Assembly (NCBI GenBank): GCA_038087875.1
Contig: CM075994.1
Location: forward strand, 9,550,001-9,614,000
DNA: 64,000 nt
Origin: Malacoraja senta
Lineage: Eukaryota
Reading direction: 5' to 3'
The translations under genes were made by a program, and so were the position numbers. The notes beneath the pieces are model-generated. The model did not search any database. It was not told where the DNA came from and was given only the letters and a program-made list of their open reading frames with translations. Positions 51,088 to 63,461 of the stretch are shown in pieces; position 1 is the stretch's first letter, and the number at the start of each line of letters is the position of its first letter.

Positions 51088-54000
51088 TATTTTATTTTAT
51101 TTATTTTATTTATTTTATTTATTTTATTTATTTTATTTATTTTATTTATTTTATTTATTTTATTTATTTTATTTATTTTATTCTTTATTTCGAACAGAAT
51201 AACAGAATAAAAAGCAAGTGTGAAACAGCATACAAAAAAACAAAACAAGAATATTTATAAAGTGTCATAAACAATATCTATAAATAAATGAAATCGCATG
51301 TGTCCGAAAAGGAGCAGGAAGAAGCCAAAGCTTATTAATTCCCACCACTTATTCAACTGCTTATAATTATCTTATACAAATTTAGCAGCAATATGTACAC
51401 CATATGTACACCAGCTATATGTACACCAAATTATTTACATTTATACACTAATCAAATATTTACAAAGCCATACAAAAAAAGAAAGAAAAAAAGAAAAAAG
51501 AAAAGAAAAAACCCTCATATACTATACAGTATCTCTTAGTCATATATACAACCCATCACCCTATAATCACCCTTCCCAATACAATCAGTATAACAAATAT
51601 CCCACTCACAATCACCTATCCCAATATCCTTTTAAAAAAGTGTTTTTGTACATCTTCTTGAACTGAATTATGTTTGTGCTAAGTTGTATCTCCTGTTCCA
51701 GACCATTCCACAAATTCACCCCACAGATTGCTATGCACATACTTTTAAGAGTTGTTCGGACATTGAGTTTTTTCAAATTATGTTCCCCTCTCAAATTATA
51801 CCCACCCTGTCTTTCCATAAACAGTTTTTGTATATTTCTTGGAAGTAAATTATTTCTTGCTTTGTACATGATTTGCGCAGTCTTAAATTTAACCAGATCG
51901 GTGAACTTCAGTGTATGTGACTTTAAGAATAATAAATTGGTATGTTCAAGATATCCAATTCTTATTGCTCTTTTTTGTAATGTGCATAACGGCTGTAGGT
52001 TGGTTTTGTAGGTGTTACCCCATATCTCCACCCAGTAACTCAGATATGGCAATATGAGTGTATTGTACAGAGTATGTAATGATTTGTGGTCCAGAATGTG
52101 TCTTGATTTTCCCAATATTGATATAGACTTTGCCAGTTTTGCTTTGACGTGGTTTATATGTGGTTTCCAGCAGATTTTGTAGTCTAAGATCACACCAAGA
52201 AATTTATTTTCATATACTCTTTCTATACTTATGTTATCTATTTTCAATTGTACTTGCGGGTTTGTTTTATGTTTTCCAAATAGCATTATCTTTGTTTTGC
52301 TTAAATTTAGAGACAATTTGTTGACATCAAACCACTGTTTTAATTTATTCATTTCTGATGTGATGACCTCCAAAAGCTGCTGCAAATTGCAAAAAATATT
52401 CGTATCATCGGCAAATAGAATCAATTTCAGTATATTTGATACTTTGCATATGTCGTTAATTTACATTATGAAAAGCTTTGGACCTAACACAGACCCTTGC
52501 GGTACTCCACAAGTTATGTTCATGTAAGTTGATTTATGTTCACCTATTTCTACAAATTGTTGCCTGTTTCTTAAATAGCTTCTCACTCAATCCAATCCAA
52601 CCCCTCTGATGCCATACCTATCCAGTTTCATGAGTAAAATGGCGTGATTTACGGTATCAAATGCTCTTTTAAAGTCTATGAATATTCCCACTGTAAGTTT
52701 TTTATTATCTATGCAATTTGTGAATTCCTCGACTAGTTCCATTAGTGCCATAGATGTTGATCTGTCTGTCCGGAATCCATATTGACTGTCGACCAAAAGC
52801 TTATGTTTTTCAATGAAATTGTCAAGTCTTTCTGTAAAACGTTTTTCAAGGATCTTGGAGAATTGGGAGAGTAAAGAAACAGGCCTGTAATTTGTGAAAT
52901 GATGTCTATCCCCAGTTTTATATAATAGTATTAGTTTTGCTATTTTCATTTTGTTCGGAAATTTACCTGATTGAAAAGACAAGTTACAGATATGAGTTAA
53001 TGGTTCTGCAATTTCTTCAATAACGTTTTTTTATTATAGATACATAGATACATAGAAAATAGGTGCAGGAGTAGGCCATTCGGCCCTTCAAGCCTGCACC
53101 GCCATTCAATATGATCATGGCTGATCATCCAACTCAGTATCCCGTACCTGCCTTCTCTCCATACCCCCTGATCCCTTTAGCCACAAGGGCCACATCTAAC
53201 TCCCTCTTAAATATAGCCAATGAACTGGCCTCAACTACCCCCTGTGGCAGAGAGTTCCAGAGATTCACCACTCTCTGTGTGAAAAAGTTTTTCCTCATCT
53301 CGGTCTTAAAGGATTTCCCCCTTATCCTTAAGCTGTGACCCCTTGTCCTGGACTTCCCCAACATCGGGAACAATCTTCCTGCATCTAGCCTGTCCAACCC
53401 CATAAAAATGTTGTACGTTTCTATAAGATCCCCTCTCAATCTCCTAAATTCTAGCGAGTATAAGCCAAGTCTATCCAGTCTTTCTTCATATGAAAGTCCT
53501 GACATCCCAGGAATCAGTCTGGTGAACCTTCTCTGCACTCCCTCTATGGCTATAATGTCCTTCCTCAGATTTGGAGACCAAAACTGTACGCAATACTCCA
53601 GGTGTGGTCTCACCAAGACCCTGTACAACTGCAGTAGAACCTCCCTGCTCCTATACTCAAATTCTCTTGCTATGAAAGCCAACATACCATTCGCTTTCTT
53701 CACTGCCTGCTGCACCTGCATGCCTACTTTCAATGACTGGTGTACCATGACACCCAGGTCTCGCTGCATCTCCCCATTTCCTAATCGGCCACCATTTAGA
53801 TAATAGTCTGCCTTCCCGTTTTTGCCACCAAAGTGGATAATCATATCAATATAATTCCAATCAGTAGAGGATTTGCTTTTACATTTTCTTACAGTGTCTA
53901 TGATTACTTTTCCTTCGACTGCTCTAAGGAAGATAGAGCTAGTATTTCTATCCCAAAGATCAGTATCTGCCCCTTCTTTTGTTTCTGGGTCATTAATTTT

Positions 54001-54893
54001 TTCTGCCAAATCTGGTCCCACATTTACAAAGAATTTGTTAAAACCATTAACTGCATCATCCATATTATTCATTGTCTTGTGTTCCTCAATAAAATACTCA
54101 GGGTAGCCTGTATTTTTTGATCCATTTCTAATAATACTATTTAGCACGTTCCATAAACCTTTCATATTATTTTTATTATTCTCTAACATTTTATTATAGT
54201 ATTCTTTCTTACATATCCTCATAATAGTGGTTAATTTATTCTTATATTTTTTATATTTATTTTCTGCTTCAGTAGTTCGATATTTTATGAATTGTCTATA
54301 TAGTGTGTTTTTTCTTTTTGCATGCATTTTTTTAAACCCTTAGTGATCCATGGACTATTTGTCTGTTTTTGTCTATCACTATATTGTTTCACAGGACAGT
54401 TTTTGTCATAAAGTGATTTAAAAATATTTAGAAATCCATTGTATGCTTTGTCGACATCTTCACCCTCATATACTACCCTCCAATTCTGTTTCAGTAATTC
54501 ATTCTTAAATGCATTTATGTTTTCTTCGGTTCTCACCCTTTTATATTTGAAATGACTGGTGTTCTTAGGTTTCCTATAACTACAGTGATAAACAATAAAA
54601 ACAGGTAAATGGTCACTGATGTCACTGTATAATAGTCCGCTTACTGTATTGCTTTCCATAATGTTTGTGAATATGTTGTCTATTAATGTGGCACAATGAG
54701 AAGTAATTCTACTAGGTCTGGTTATTCTAGGATATAAACCCATACTGTACATAGTATTGATGAATTCTTCTGTCATTTTATGCTTTTTTGGATTCAACAG
54801 GTCAATATTGTAATCCCCACAGATGAACATAATCTTTTGTAATGATTTTGTAATATTTTCCATCCAATCTTTAAATATTTCAATACTGGAGCT
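51088..54893 (-). mobile_element. AT-rich CR1-group (L2/Crack-like) LINE, APE + RT, interrupted by CR1
   Basis: ICGDYNIDLL, TLIDNIF, ISDHLPVF (APE); NYRPVSLL, FIDFKRAFDTVNH, LFADDTNIF (RT); (TTTATTTAT)n tail at ~51088-51190; several stops and frameshifts. Confidence 0.85.
53037..53838 (-). mobile_element. CR1 LINE 3' fragment nested in the preceding LINE
   Basis: IHFGGKNGKADYYLNG...RPHLEYCVQFWSP...KAGTGY, nearly identical to 42852-43655. Confidence 0.93.
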
Positions 54894-55240
54894 CTGTATA
54901 AGGCCATACTGGGAAAATGTTAATGCAGTTGTAAAAAATATCTTGGGTTATAAAATCCCAAATACCTGCTCTGTGATGTATCTGGGGCATATTAAAGATT
55001 TTGTAAAAAATAGAAGATACATATTTGATTAAAGTTTTGCTTGCAGCAAGTAAGAAGGCCATTACCAGACAGTGGCTTAATGAAAAAAGTCCAAAACAGG
55101 AACAGTGGTTAGAAATTGTGCGAGACATCTTTAATATGGAAAAATTGACATATTCCTTGAGAGTCAAGGAGAATTCATTTGAGAAGATCTGGGAAAAATG
55201 GACCGTTTATTTGAGCCACGACACCAATTAGATAAATGCC
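54894..55240 (+). mobile_element. L1-clade LINE ORF2 C-terminal fragment
   Basis: IRPYWENVNAVVKNILG and LLAASKKAITRQWL...W...MEKLTY...FEKIWEKW resemble the fish L1 ORF2 C-terminus. Confidence 0.7.
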
Positions 55241-56106
55241 GAGCTAGATATGGGAAGCTTGTAATTCGTGTAATTCGTGCTCAGTTGTAATACCGAACTC
55301 GCTTATACACAGAGGGGCGTAAGAGATATTTAGTATTGTTTCTTTATTGATAGTTTTCTGTGTTTTATTTGTCTTTGTTTAACAAATAATTTTTTGTGCT
55401 CTTCAAGAGAGAATTAGATTTAGCTATTGGGGCTAACGGAATCAAGGGATTTGGGGAAAAAGCAGGAACGGCAACAAATCTACCGCCACGTCCCCTAAAA
55501 TCTGGAGAAGGGACCTCACCGGAAACATCTCCAGTCTACGTTCTCCAGAGATGTTGCCTGACCACCTGAGTTACTCCACAGATGTTGCCTGCCCACCTGA
55601 GTTACTCCACAGATGTTGCCTGCCCACCTGAGTTACTCCACAGATCTTGCCTGCCCACCTGAGTTACTCCGGAACTTTGTGGGGGATGTTCGTTACCAGC
55701 ACCTGCAGATCCTTGTAATTACTTCCTTGATTCCTTCCCTCCACAGATGACTGGTTTGGGAATTTCAGCATTTCGTGCGTATCTCTTTCGTAAATACCGT
55801 CCCAATATCATCTCTTCCAGTAATTCAGGTTTTCTCTATCATGTAATCATCAGTAATTCAATCTTTTCCTTGCCTCCTCCCTCTACCTCTATCACACCAT
55901 CCCATAGTCAAAATCACAAGGGATTTTCAATAAAGGCTCAGAGTGCTGGCGTAACTCGGTGAGTCGGGCAGCATCTCTGGAGAACACGGACTGGTGACGT
56001 TTCCAGTTGGGATCCTTCTACAGATTTCAGGGAATTTGAAGACTTCTGTTTGAAGTTTTTCCTGTTCTCTCTCTTGCCTTCGAAGCTCAGCTGTTCAAAT
56101 TCAAAG

Positions 56107-56425
56107 ATGAATTGCCTTGTGGTCCTGGTAGCTGGTCTCATTCTCAGTGCCTCTCCGGGTAAGGAAATATAACTATTTTGTTGTCCTCCAGTTTAACTGT
56201 GGAAAGGCATTTTAGATTCTCAAGTGGGATTAAGCTGTGTGTTCGTTCACATGTAGAGAGTTTGTTACTGAATATGGAGTTAGTTATTGTCAAGTCAAGA
56301 GTGTTTTATTGTTATATGTCCCAGATAGAAGGAATGGTGACATTTCAGGTCGAGACCCTTCCTTCTCTCCAGAGATGCTGCCTGTCCCGCTGAGTTGCTC
56401 CAGAATGTTATGTCTACACACACAC

Positions 56426-56511
<86 letters not shown>

Positions 56512-56523
56512 ACACACACACAA

Positions 56524-56599
<76 letters not shown>

Positions 56600-59500
56600 A
56601 CACACACACACACATATGTACACATGAAACAAACAATAATAGTGCACAAAGGCAAAACTATACGTGTATAGGTAGTTTAGATACTACTTTGGCAGTGTGT
56701 AGGATAGTGTTAGTGTACGGGGTGATCACTGGTCCGCGCGGGCTCGGTCGGCCGAATGGCCTGTTTACATGCTGTAAACATCAGAGGGCTCTTCAGCACT
56801 GAGGTGTAGGAAGGAACTGCAGATGTTGGTTTACACCAAAAATGGACACAAAGTGCTTGAGTAACTCAGCGGGACAGGCAGCATCTCTGGAGAGAAGGAA
56901 TGGATGATGTTTCGGGTCGAGGCCCTTCTTCAGACTGAGGGTCAGGCGAAAGAGAAGCGAGAGAGATAGACAGTGATATCGAGAGATATTCAACAAATGA
57001 ATGAAAGATATGCAAAAAGGAAAAGATGATGAAGGAAACAGACCATTGGTAGCTGTGGGCGCGGTGAGAACGAGTTACAGACAATGAGACTCGAGAAGAC
57101 GTCTTTCAAACCAGTACGGTAGACAAAATTGCTGGAGAAACACAGCGTGTAAGTCAGCATCTATGGAGCCATGGAAATAGGCAACGTTTCTGGCCGAAAC
57201 CCTTCTTCAGACTGGTTCTTCAAACCAGTACAACCAGCTGGGATTTGGGAGGGTCTCGAACAAAACATCACCTGTACCACTTCTCCAGAGCGGTTGCCTG
57301 ACCCGCTGAGTTTTTTTTGTGTCGGTATTGTTCTATGTTTAGTGAAAGGAGTTGTTCGTTCTCAGAGCAGCGCAGAACGAGCTGCAGGTGTCTCTCACAC
57401 AACCTCCTCTGTTTTGTTCTCAATGTACAGGTAACTGTTTGCAGTGTTACTACTGCTTAATATCCAATGAAAGATGCGTGGATAATACTGTTAACTGCTC
57501 TGCGGGGGAGCAATGTTACCTTGGGGTTGCAGAGGCTGGTAAGTACGAACCAATTTGAGATGCATACCTCTAGTTTAGAGATACAGATTCAAAGAAACAT
57601 AGAAACATAGAAAATAGGTGCAGGAGTAGGCCATTCGGCCCTTCGAGCCTGCACTGCCATTCAATATGATCATGGCTGATCATCCAACTCAGTATCCTGT
57701 ACCTGCCTTCTCTCCATACCCCCTGATCCCTTTAGCCACAAGGGCCACATCTAACTCCCTCTTAAATATAGCCAATTGAACTGGCCTCAACTCCCTTCTG
57801 TGGCAGAGAATTCCAGAGATTCACCACTCTCTGTGTGAAAAATGTTTTTCTCATCTCGGTCCTAAAGGATTTCCCCTTTATCCTTAAACTGTGACCCCTT
57901 GTCCTGGACTTCCCCAACATCGGAACAATCTTCCTGCATCTACCCTGTCCAACCCTTAAGAATTTTGTAAGTTTCTATAAGATCCCCCCTCAATCTTCTA
58001 AATTCTACCGAGTACAAGCCGAGTCTATCCAGTCTTTCTTAATATGAAAGTCCTGACATCCCAGGAATCAGTCTGGTGAACCTTCTCTGTACTCCCTCTA
58101 TGGCAAGAATGTCTTTCCTCAGATTAGGAGACCAAAACTGTACGCAATACTCCAGGCGTGGTCTCACCAAGACCCTGTACAACTGCAGTAGAACCTCCCT
58201 GCTCCTGTACTCAAATCCTTTTGCTATGAATGCTAACATACCATTCGCATTCTTCCTATTACATCTTTTGCCCTTCACCTTAAACCTATGTCCTCTGGTC
58301 CTCGATTCCCCCTACTCTGGGCAGGAGGCTCTGTGCGTCTATCCAATCTATTCCTCTCATGATTTTATACACCTCTATAAGATTAACCCTCATCCTCCTG
58401 TGCCCTCTCTGTGCCTCTGTGTCCCACTGTGTGCCTCCGTGTCCCTCTCTGTGCCACTGTGTCCCTCTATGTGCCCCTGTGTCCCTCTCTGTGCTTCTGT
58501 GTCCCTCTCTGTGCTTCTGTGTCCCTCTCTGTGCCCTGTGTCCCTCTCTGTGCCCCTGTGTCCCTCTCTTACTTCTGTGTCCCTCTCTTGCTTCTGTATC
58601 CCTCTCTTGCTTCTGTGTCCCTCTCTCTCTGCCCCCCTATCTCTCTAGCCGCGCCTGCAAGTTGGGGGCTATACATGAGTGGATAGGGCGGGGGATGGAG
58701 TAAAAGTAGTGGATGAATAATATTAATATAATTTCAATGGGGGATGTTAGTGTGTGGGGGGGGGGCTGATTGGTTAGTGTGTGTGTGTGTGGGGTGTATA
58801 GTGTGTGTGTGGGGGGTGGTTATTGTGTGTGTGTGTGTGGGGGGGTGGTTAGTGTGTGTGTGTGGGGGTGGTTAGTGTGTGTGTGTGGGGGTGGTTAGTG
58901 TGTGTGGGGGTGTATAGTGTGTGTGGGGGGTGTATAGTGTGTGTATGGGGGGGTGGTTACTGTGTGTGTGTGGGTTGTAGTTAGTGTGTAGGGGGTGGTT
59001 ACTGTGTGTGGGAGGTTGGTTAGTGTGTGTGTGGGGGGTGTATAGTGTGTGTGTGGGGAGTGGTTACTGTGTGTGTGTGGGGGTGGTTAGTGTGTGTGTG
59101 GTGGGGTGGTTAATGTGTGTGGGGGATGGTTAGTGTGTGTGTGGGGGATGGTCAGTGTGTGTGTGTGGGGGGTGGTTAGTGTGTGTGTGCGGGGTGGGTA
59201 GTGTGTGTGTGGGGGTGGTTAGTGTGTGTGTGGGGGGTGGTTAGTGTGTGTGTGCGGGGTGGGTAGTGTGTGTGGGGGGTGGTGGTTAGTGTGTGTGTGT
59301 GGGGGGGTGGTTAGTGTGTGTGTGGGGGGTGGGTAGTGTGTGCGTGGGGGGTGGTTAGTGTGTGTGTGGGGGGTGGTTAGTGTGTGTGGGGGGGTGGGTA
59401 GTGTGTGCGTGGGGGGTGGTTAGTGTGTGTGTGGGGGGTGGTTAGTGTGTGTGTGCGGGGTGGGTAGTGTGTGTGTGGGGGGGGGGGGTTAGTCTGTGTG

Positions 59501-59804
59501 TGACACCGCAACCACACGTAGAGGGGATGAGACCCAACGGGTCCCACTTGGTCTAGTGAACTATAAACACAGAAATTATTTAACTATCCATTCTGTTTTT
59601 CCAGGAGGTTTTACGGTTTACGAAGCTGGATGTGTTCCCTCTACTGCTTGTAATATCCAGCAAACTATTGATGGTGTCACATTCTCTATCCACTGTTCTC
59701 TACCCTCATCCAGGTTCAGGATTAGTTCATCGATGGTGGTTAGTTCTATGGGTTCTGTAATTCCTCAATCTTCCAATGTACTTTTTTCTTTGTTATTGAT
59801 TTGA
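56107..59804 (+). CDS. Ly6/uPAR copy 4 with truncated LU domain and novel C-terminus (possible pseudogene); join(56107..56158,57431..57538,59605..59804), 119 aa
   Basis: MNCLVVLVAGLILSASPGNC|LQCYYCLISNERCVDNTVNCSAGEQCYLGVAEAGGFTVYEAGCVPSTACNIQQTIDGVTFSIHCSLPSSRFRISSSMVVSSMGSVIPQSSNVLFSLLLI*. Splice sites are intact; a deletion after 59697 removes Cys9, Cys10 and the GPI tail. Confidence 0.75.
57590..58255 (-). mobile_element. CR1 LINE 3' fragment in intron 2 of Ly6 copy 4
   Basis: NANGMLAFIAKGFEYRSREVLLQLY...; (agaaacat)n tail; absent from intron 2 of copies 1-3. Confidence 0.9.
58400..59556 (+). mobile_element. Helitron-like 3' part with CT-rich and GT-rich minisatellites in intron 2 of Ly6 copy 4
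   Basis: Ends gagacccaacgggtcccacttggtCTAG|tgaactat; the paralogous empty site in copy 1 is a|tgaactat (~11276), an A|T target. Confidence 0.7.
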
Positions 59805-61649
59805 ATTATGTTTTGGAGCTGGTTACATATATATATACAGCTTCAGTAACTCCAACAGAAGGCTGTGGAGGCCAGGTGAATTGATATTTTTACCGCAGAG
59901 ATAGATAGATTCTTGATTAGGGCGGGTGTCAGAGGTTATGGGGAGAAGGCAGGAGAATGGGGTTAGGAGGGAGAGATAGATCAGCCATGATTGAGTGGCG
60001 GAGTAGACTTGATGGGCCGAATGGCCTAGTTCTGCTCCTATCACCTACTGCATGACCTTATAACACTGTGTTTATCTCAGGGGGCTAGACAAGCATGTTA
60101 TGATGGCAGCGCTTGGACAACCTCCTTCAAGTTGACGAAGGCAATGCCAATACTTTCAAGAGAGAGCTAGATAGGGCTCCTAAAGATAGCGGAGTCAGGG
60201 GATATGGGGAGAAGGCAGGAACGGGGTACTGATTGGCGGTGATAAGCCATGATCACGTTGAATGTCGGTGCTGGTTCGAAGGGCCGAATGGCCTACTCCT
60301 GCACCTATTGTCTATTGTCTAATACACCATGCTTGATACTTGCAATATTTTAATAATTTGTATAATAATAATAATCATATAATTTGGAGTGTGTACCATG
60401 ACTGTTCATCTGTTGCCGCATCTCAATAAAATACAGATTATCAAAAGAAAATGTGAGCGTATTCCTTTTTTTATGTTCCAGGAGCAGGATTAAGCCATTC
60501 GGCCCATCAAGTCTACTGCACCCTTCAATCCTGCCCGATCTATCTTTCCCTCTCAACCCCATTCTCCCCATAACCCCTGACACTTGTACTATGGAAGAAT
60601 CTGTCAAAGCCTCTATCAAATTCTGGAAAACAATTTTATAAACTGCCTCACGTTATAATTACTACACTGTATAATTCTGCGGCACGGTGGTGCAGCGGTA
60701 GAGTTGATGCCCCGCGGCGTCAGAGACCCGGGTTCCATCCTGACCACGGGTGTCCGGCGCTGCAAGCGCTGTAAGGCAGCATCTCTGCCGCTGCGCCACC
60801 CTGCCGCCCATTGCGCGTCCGTGTCCGTCTCTTTATTTTGGCTCCGTAGCAAACTGCTGTGAGGAAAAGCCCAGAGCAGAGTTGGTGATAGACCCTCAGC
60901 AACTTTTAACAGCGGTCCCTATTATTGCCACGTTTAAGAAAGAATGGAAATGCTGGAAAAATCGAAGGTAGACAAAAATGCTGGAGAAACTCAGCGGGTG
61001 AGGCAGCATCTATGGAGCGAAGGAATAGGTGACGCATTAACCAACCTGATCTCCCGGTGGCCCAGCACTTCAACTCCCCCTCCCATTCCCAATCTGACCT
61101 TTCTGTCCTGGGCCTCCTCCATGGCCAGAGTGAGTCCCACCGCAAATTGGAGGAGCAGCACCTCATAGTTCGCTTGGGTAGTTTACACCCAGCGGTATGA
61201 ACATTGACCTCCAATTTCAGGTAGTCATTGCTTTCTCCCTCCTTCCCAGCTCTCCCACAGCCTACTGTCTCCGCCTCTTCCTTTCTTCTTCCCCTCCCCC
61301 ACCCCACCCCACCCCAACATCAGTCTGAAGGGTCTCGACCCGAAACGTCACGTATTCCTTCGCTCTATAGATGCTGCCTCACACGCTGAGTATCTCCAGC
61401 ATTTTTGTCTAACTTCCTTATCTCTGTCTCCCTCGCCCCTGACTCTCAGTCTGAAGAAGGGTCTCGATCCGTTCCTTCTCTCCAGAGATGCTGCCTGTCC
61501 CGCTGAGTTTCTCCAGCATTTTTGTCTACCTTGTATCATTGCCACTTTCATTTCACTGCACATCTTGTATGTGTATGTGACAAATAAACTTGACTTATCC
61601 GTCGGGACAGAATGTGCAAACTGAAACTCGTGGTCACTTCAATCAAGCA

Positions 61650-61655
61650 TTTATT
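61650..61655 (-). terminator. Candidate CSNK2B polyadenylation signal
   Basis: AATAAA on the minus strand at the end of a largely non-TE tract ~1.8 kb downstream of the CSNK2B stop; duplicated at 36834-36839. Confidence 0.5.
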
Positions 61656-63461
61656 CAGAAATACACATTAGTAACAATCCCAGAACCGATTAGACAAGTT
61701 CTTTAAAAAAAAAACACGGGCAGCTTTTTACCAAGTCAACTTCCTTTATAGAATACGTACAATACAGTTCATGACCTTAACTTACCTGAGGGGAAAGGGC
61801 AGGTGAAAGGAACCAAAGTATTCTTCATTCCGAGCAGGGTGGTGGAATAAATGAGTCACGTCTGGTCAATGCTATAGGATTCTCAATGTCGTTGCTAAAT
61901 GGTCGGGATCTCTTCGAAATTGGTAGCAACTCTCTCACATGTACGGATTGCAGAGAGAAAATAAAGATGGGGGGGGGAACGGCAGTGGGAAGTTGGGACA
62001 ACCGAGTGTAGATGTTGTTCACCCTTTCAACTGGTTCATCACTTTGGGTCTTTGGTACCAATCCGTTGTCAAAACTAAATGGCGGTTCAATGGTACGTCG
62101 CTGGCCTGTCGTTCAGAAGCCCACTGACGTGATACTCTTCACCCTAAACCGCTGCCTACACTGCGGGACTGGAAACCAGACTTCTGACAACACCGGGATG
62201 GGCTGATCCCATCCAACGGACGCAGAGTGCTGGAGTAACTCAGCGGGTCAGGCAGCATCTGTGGAGAACATGAATAGGTGACGTTTCAGAGTGCTGGAGA
62301 AACTCAGCGGGTCAGGCAGCATCTGTGGAGAACATGGATAGGTGACGTTTCACAGAGTGCTGGAGTAACTCAGCGGGTCAGGCAGCATCTGTGGAGAACA
62401 TGGATAGGTGACGTTTCAGAGTGCTGGAGTAACTCAGCGGGTCAGGCAGCATCTGTGGAGATTGTGGGTAGGTGACGTTTCACAGAGTGCTGGAGTAACT
62501 CAGCGGGTCAGGCAGCATCTGTGGAGAACATGGATAGGTGACGTTTCAGAGTGCTGGAGTAACTCAGCGGGTCAGGCAGCATCTGTGGAGAACGTGGGTA
62601 GATGACGTTTCGGGCCGTGAACTATCTTCAAGGGTCCCGTCCCGAGCTGGCCCCCATCTATGTTCTCCAGAGATGCTGCCTGACACCCCCCAGTTACTCC
62701 AGCACTCTGTCTTTCTTTGGTGTAAACTAGCACCTGCAGTTCCTTCGTTATTACACCTTGCAGGCCTGCGACTGCCCTCAAATCCTCGAGACGGAGACAG
62801 AGAGCGCCATGGGTGACCGGGACTCAGATAAAGAACTCCCAGAAGTGAACAGGGTTGAACAGAGAATAATCCACCTTAGACAAGACACAAAATGCTGGAG
62901 TAAACTCAGCGGCTCAGGCAGCATCTCTGGAGAGAGGGGACTTTTGTGTCTGAAGAAGGGCCTCGACCCGAAACGTCACCCGTTCCCTCTCCAGAGATGC
63001 CGCCTGTCCCGCTGAGTTACTCCAGCATTTTGAGCCTATCGATGGTGTAAACCAACATCTGCAGTTCCTTCCCAAGACAGATAATTCACCCTGCCATGTC
63101 TTCACAAACACACACACACAAGCGGTTCATTTTTGTGTTGATGAAACGTTTTAAAGTTTGTTTTTGTTCCCCCACTGAAAAGAAATCCATTGGCACCAAC
63201 TTCAGTTCACGACTGTGAATGGGGACAGGGGAGTGGAAGCGGCAATAACAGAATAATGTGGTTTTGGAGGGGGTGGGGAGGGGGGGTTAGGGAGGGAGAG
63301 AGGGAGAGAGGGGAGGAGAAGGCAAAGAGTTTCTTTTGTTAAAGTGAACACTGTTTACAGCCTCGTGGCATATCATCTGTCTGCGGGCCCGCTGTTAAAC
63401 AGACATCTTTTCTTGAGGAGTTGCCCGGGTCTCGCTCTCTCTCTCGCTCTCTCTTCTTTCT

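Noticed and set aside
53134..54327. 397-aa ORF resembling a single RT-related protein
   Set aside because: Chance in-frame fusion of the host LINE with a nested CR1 fragment (junction at ~53838).
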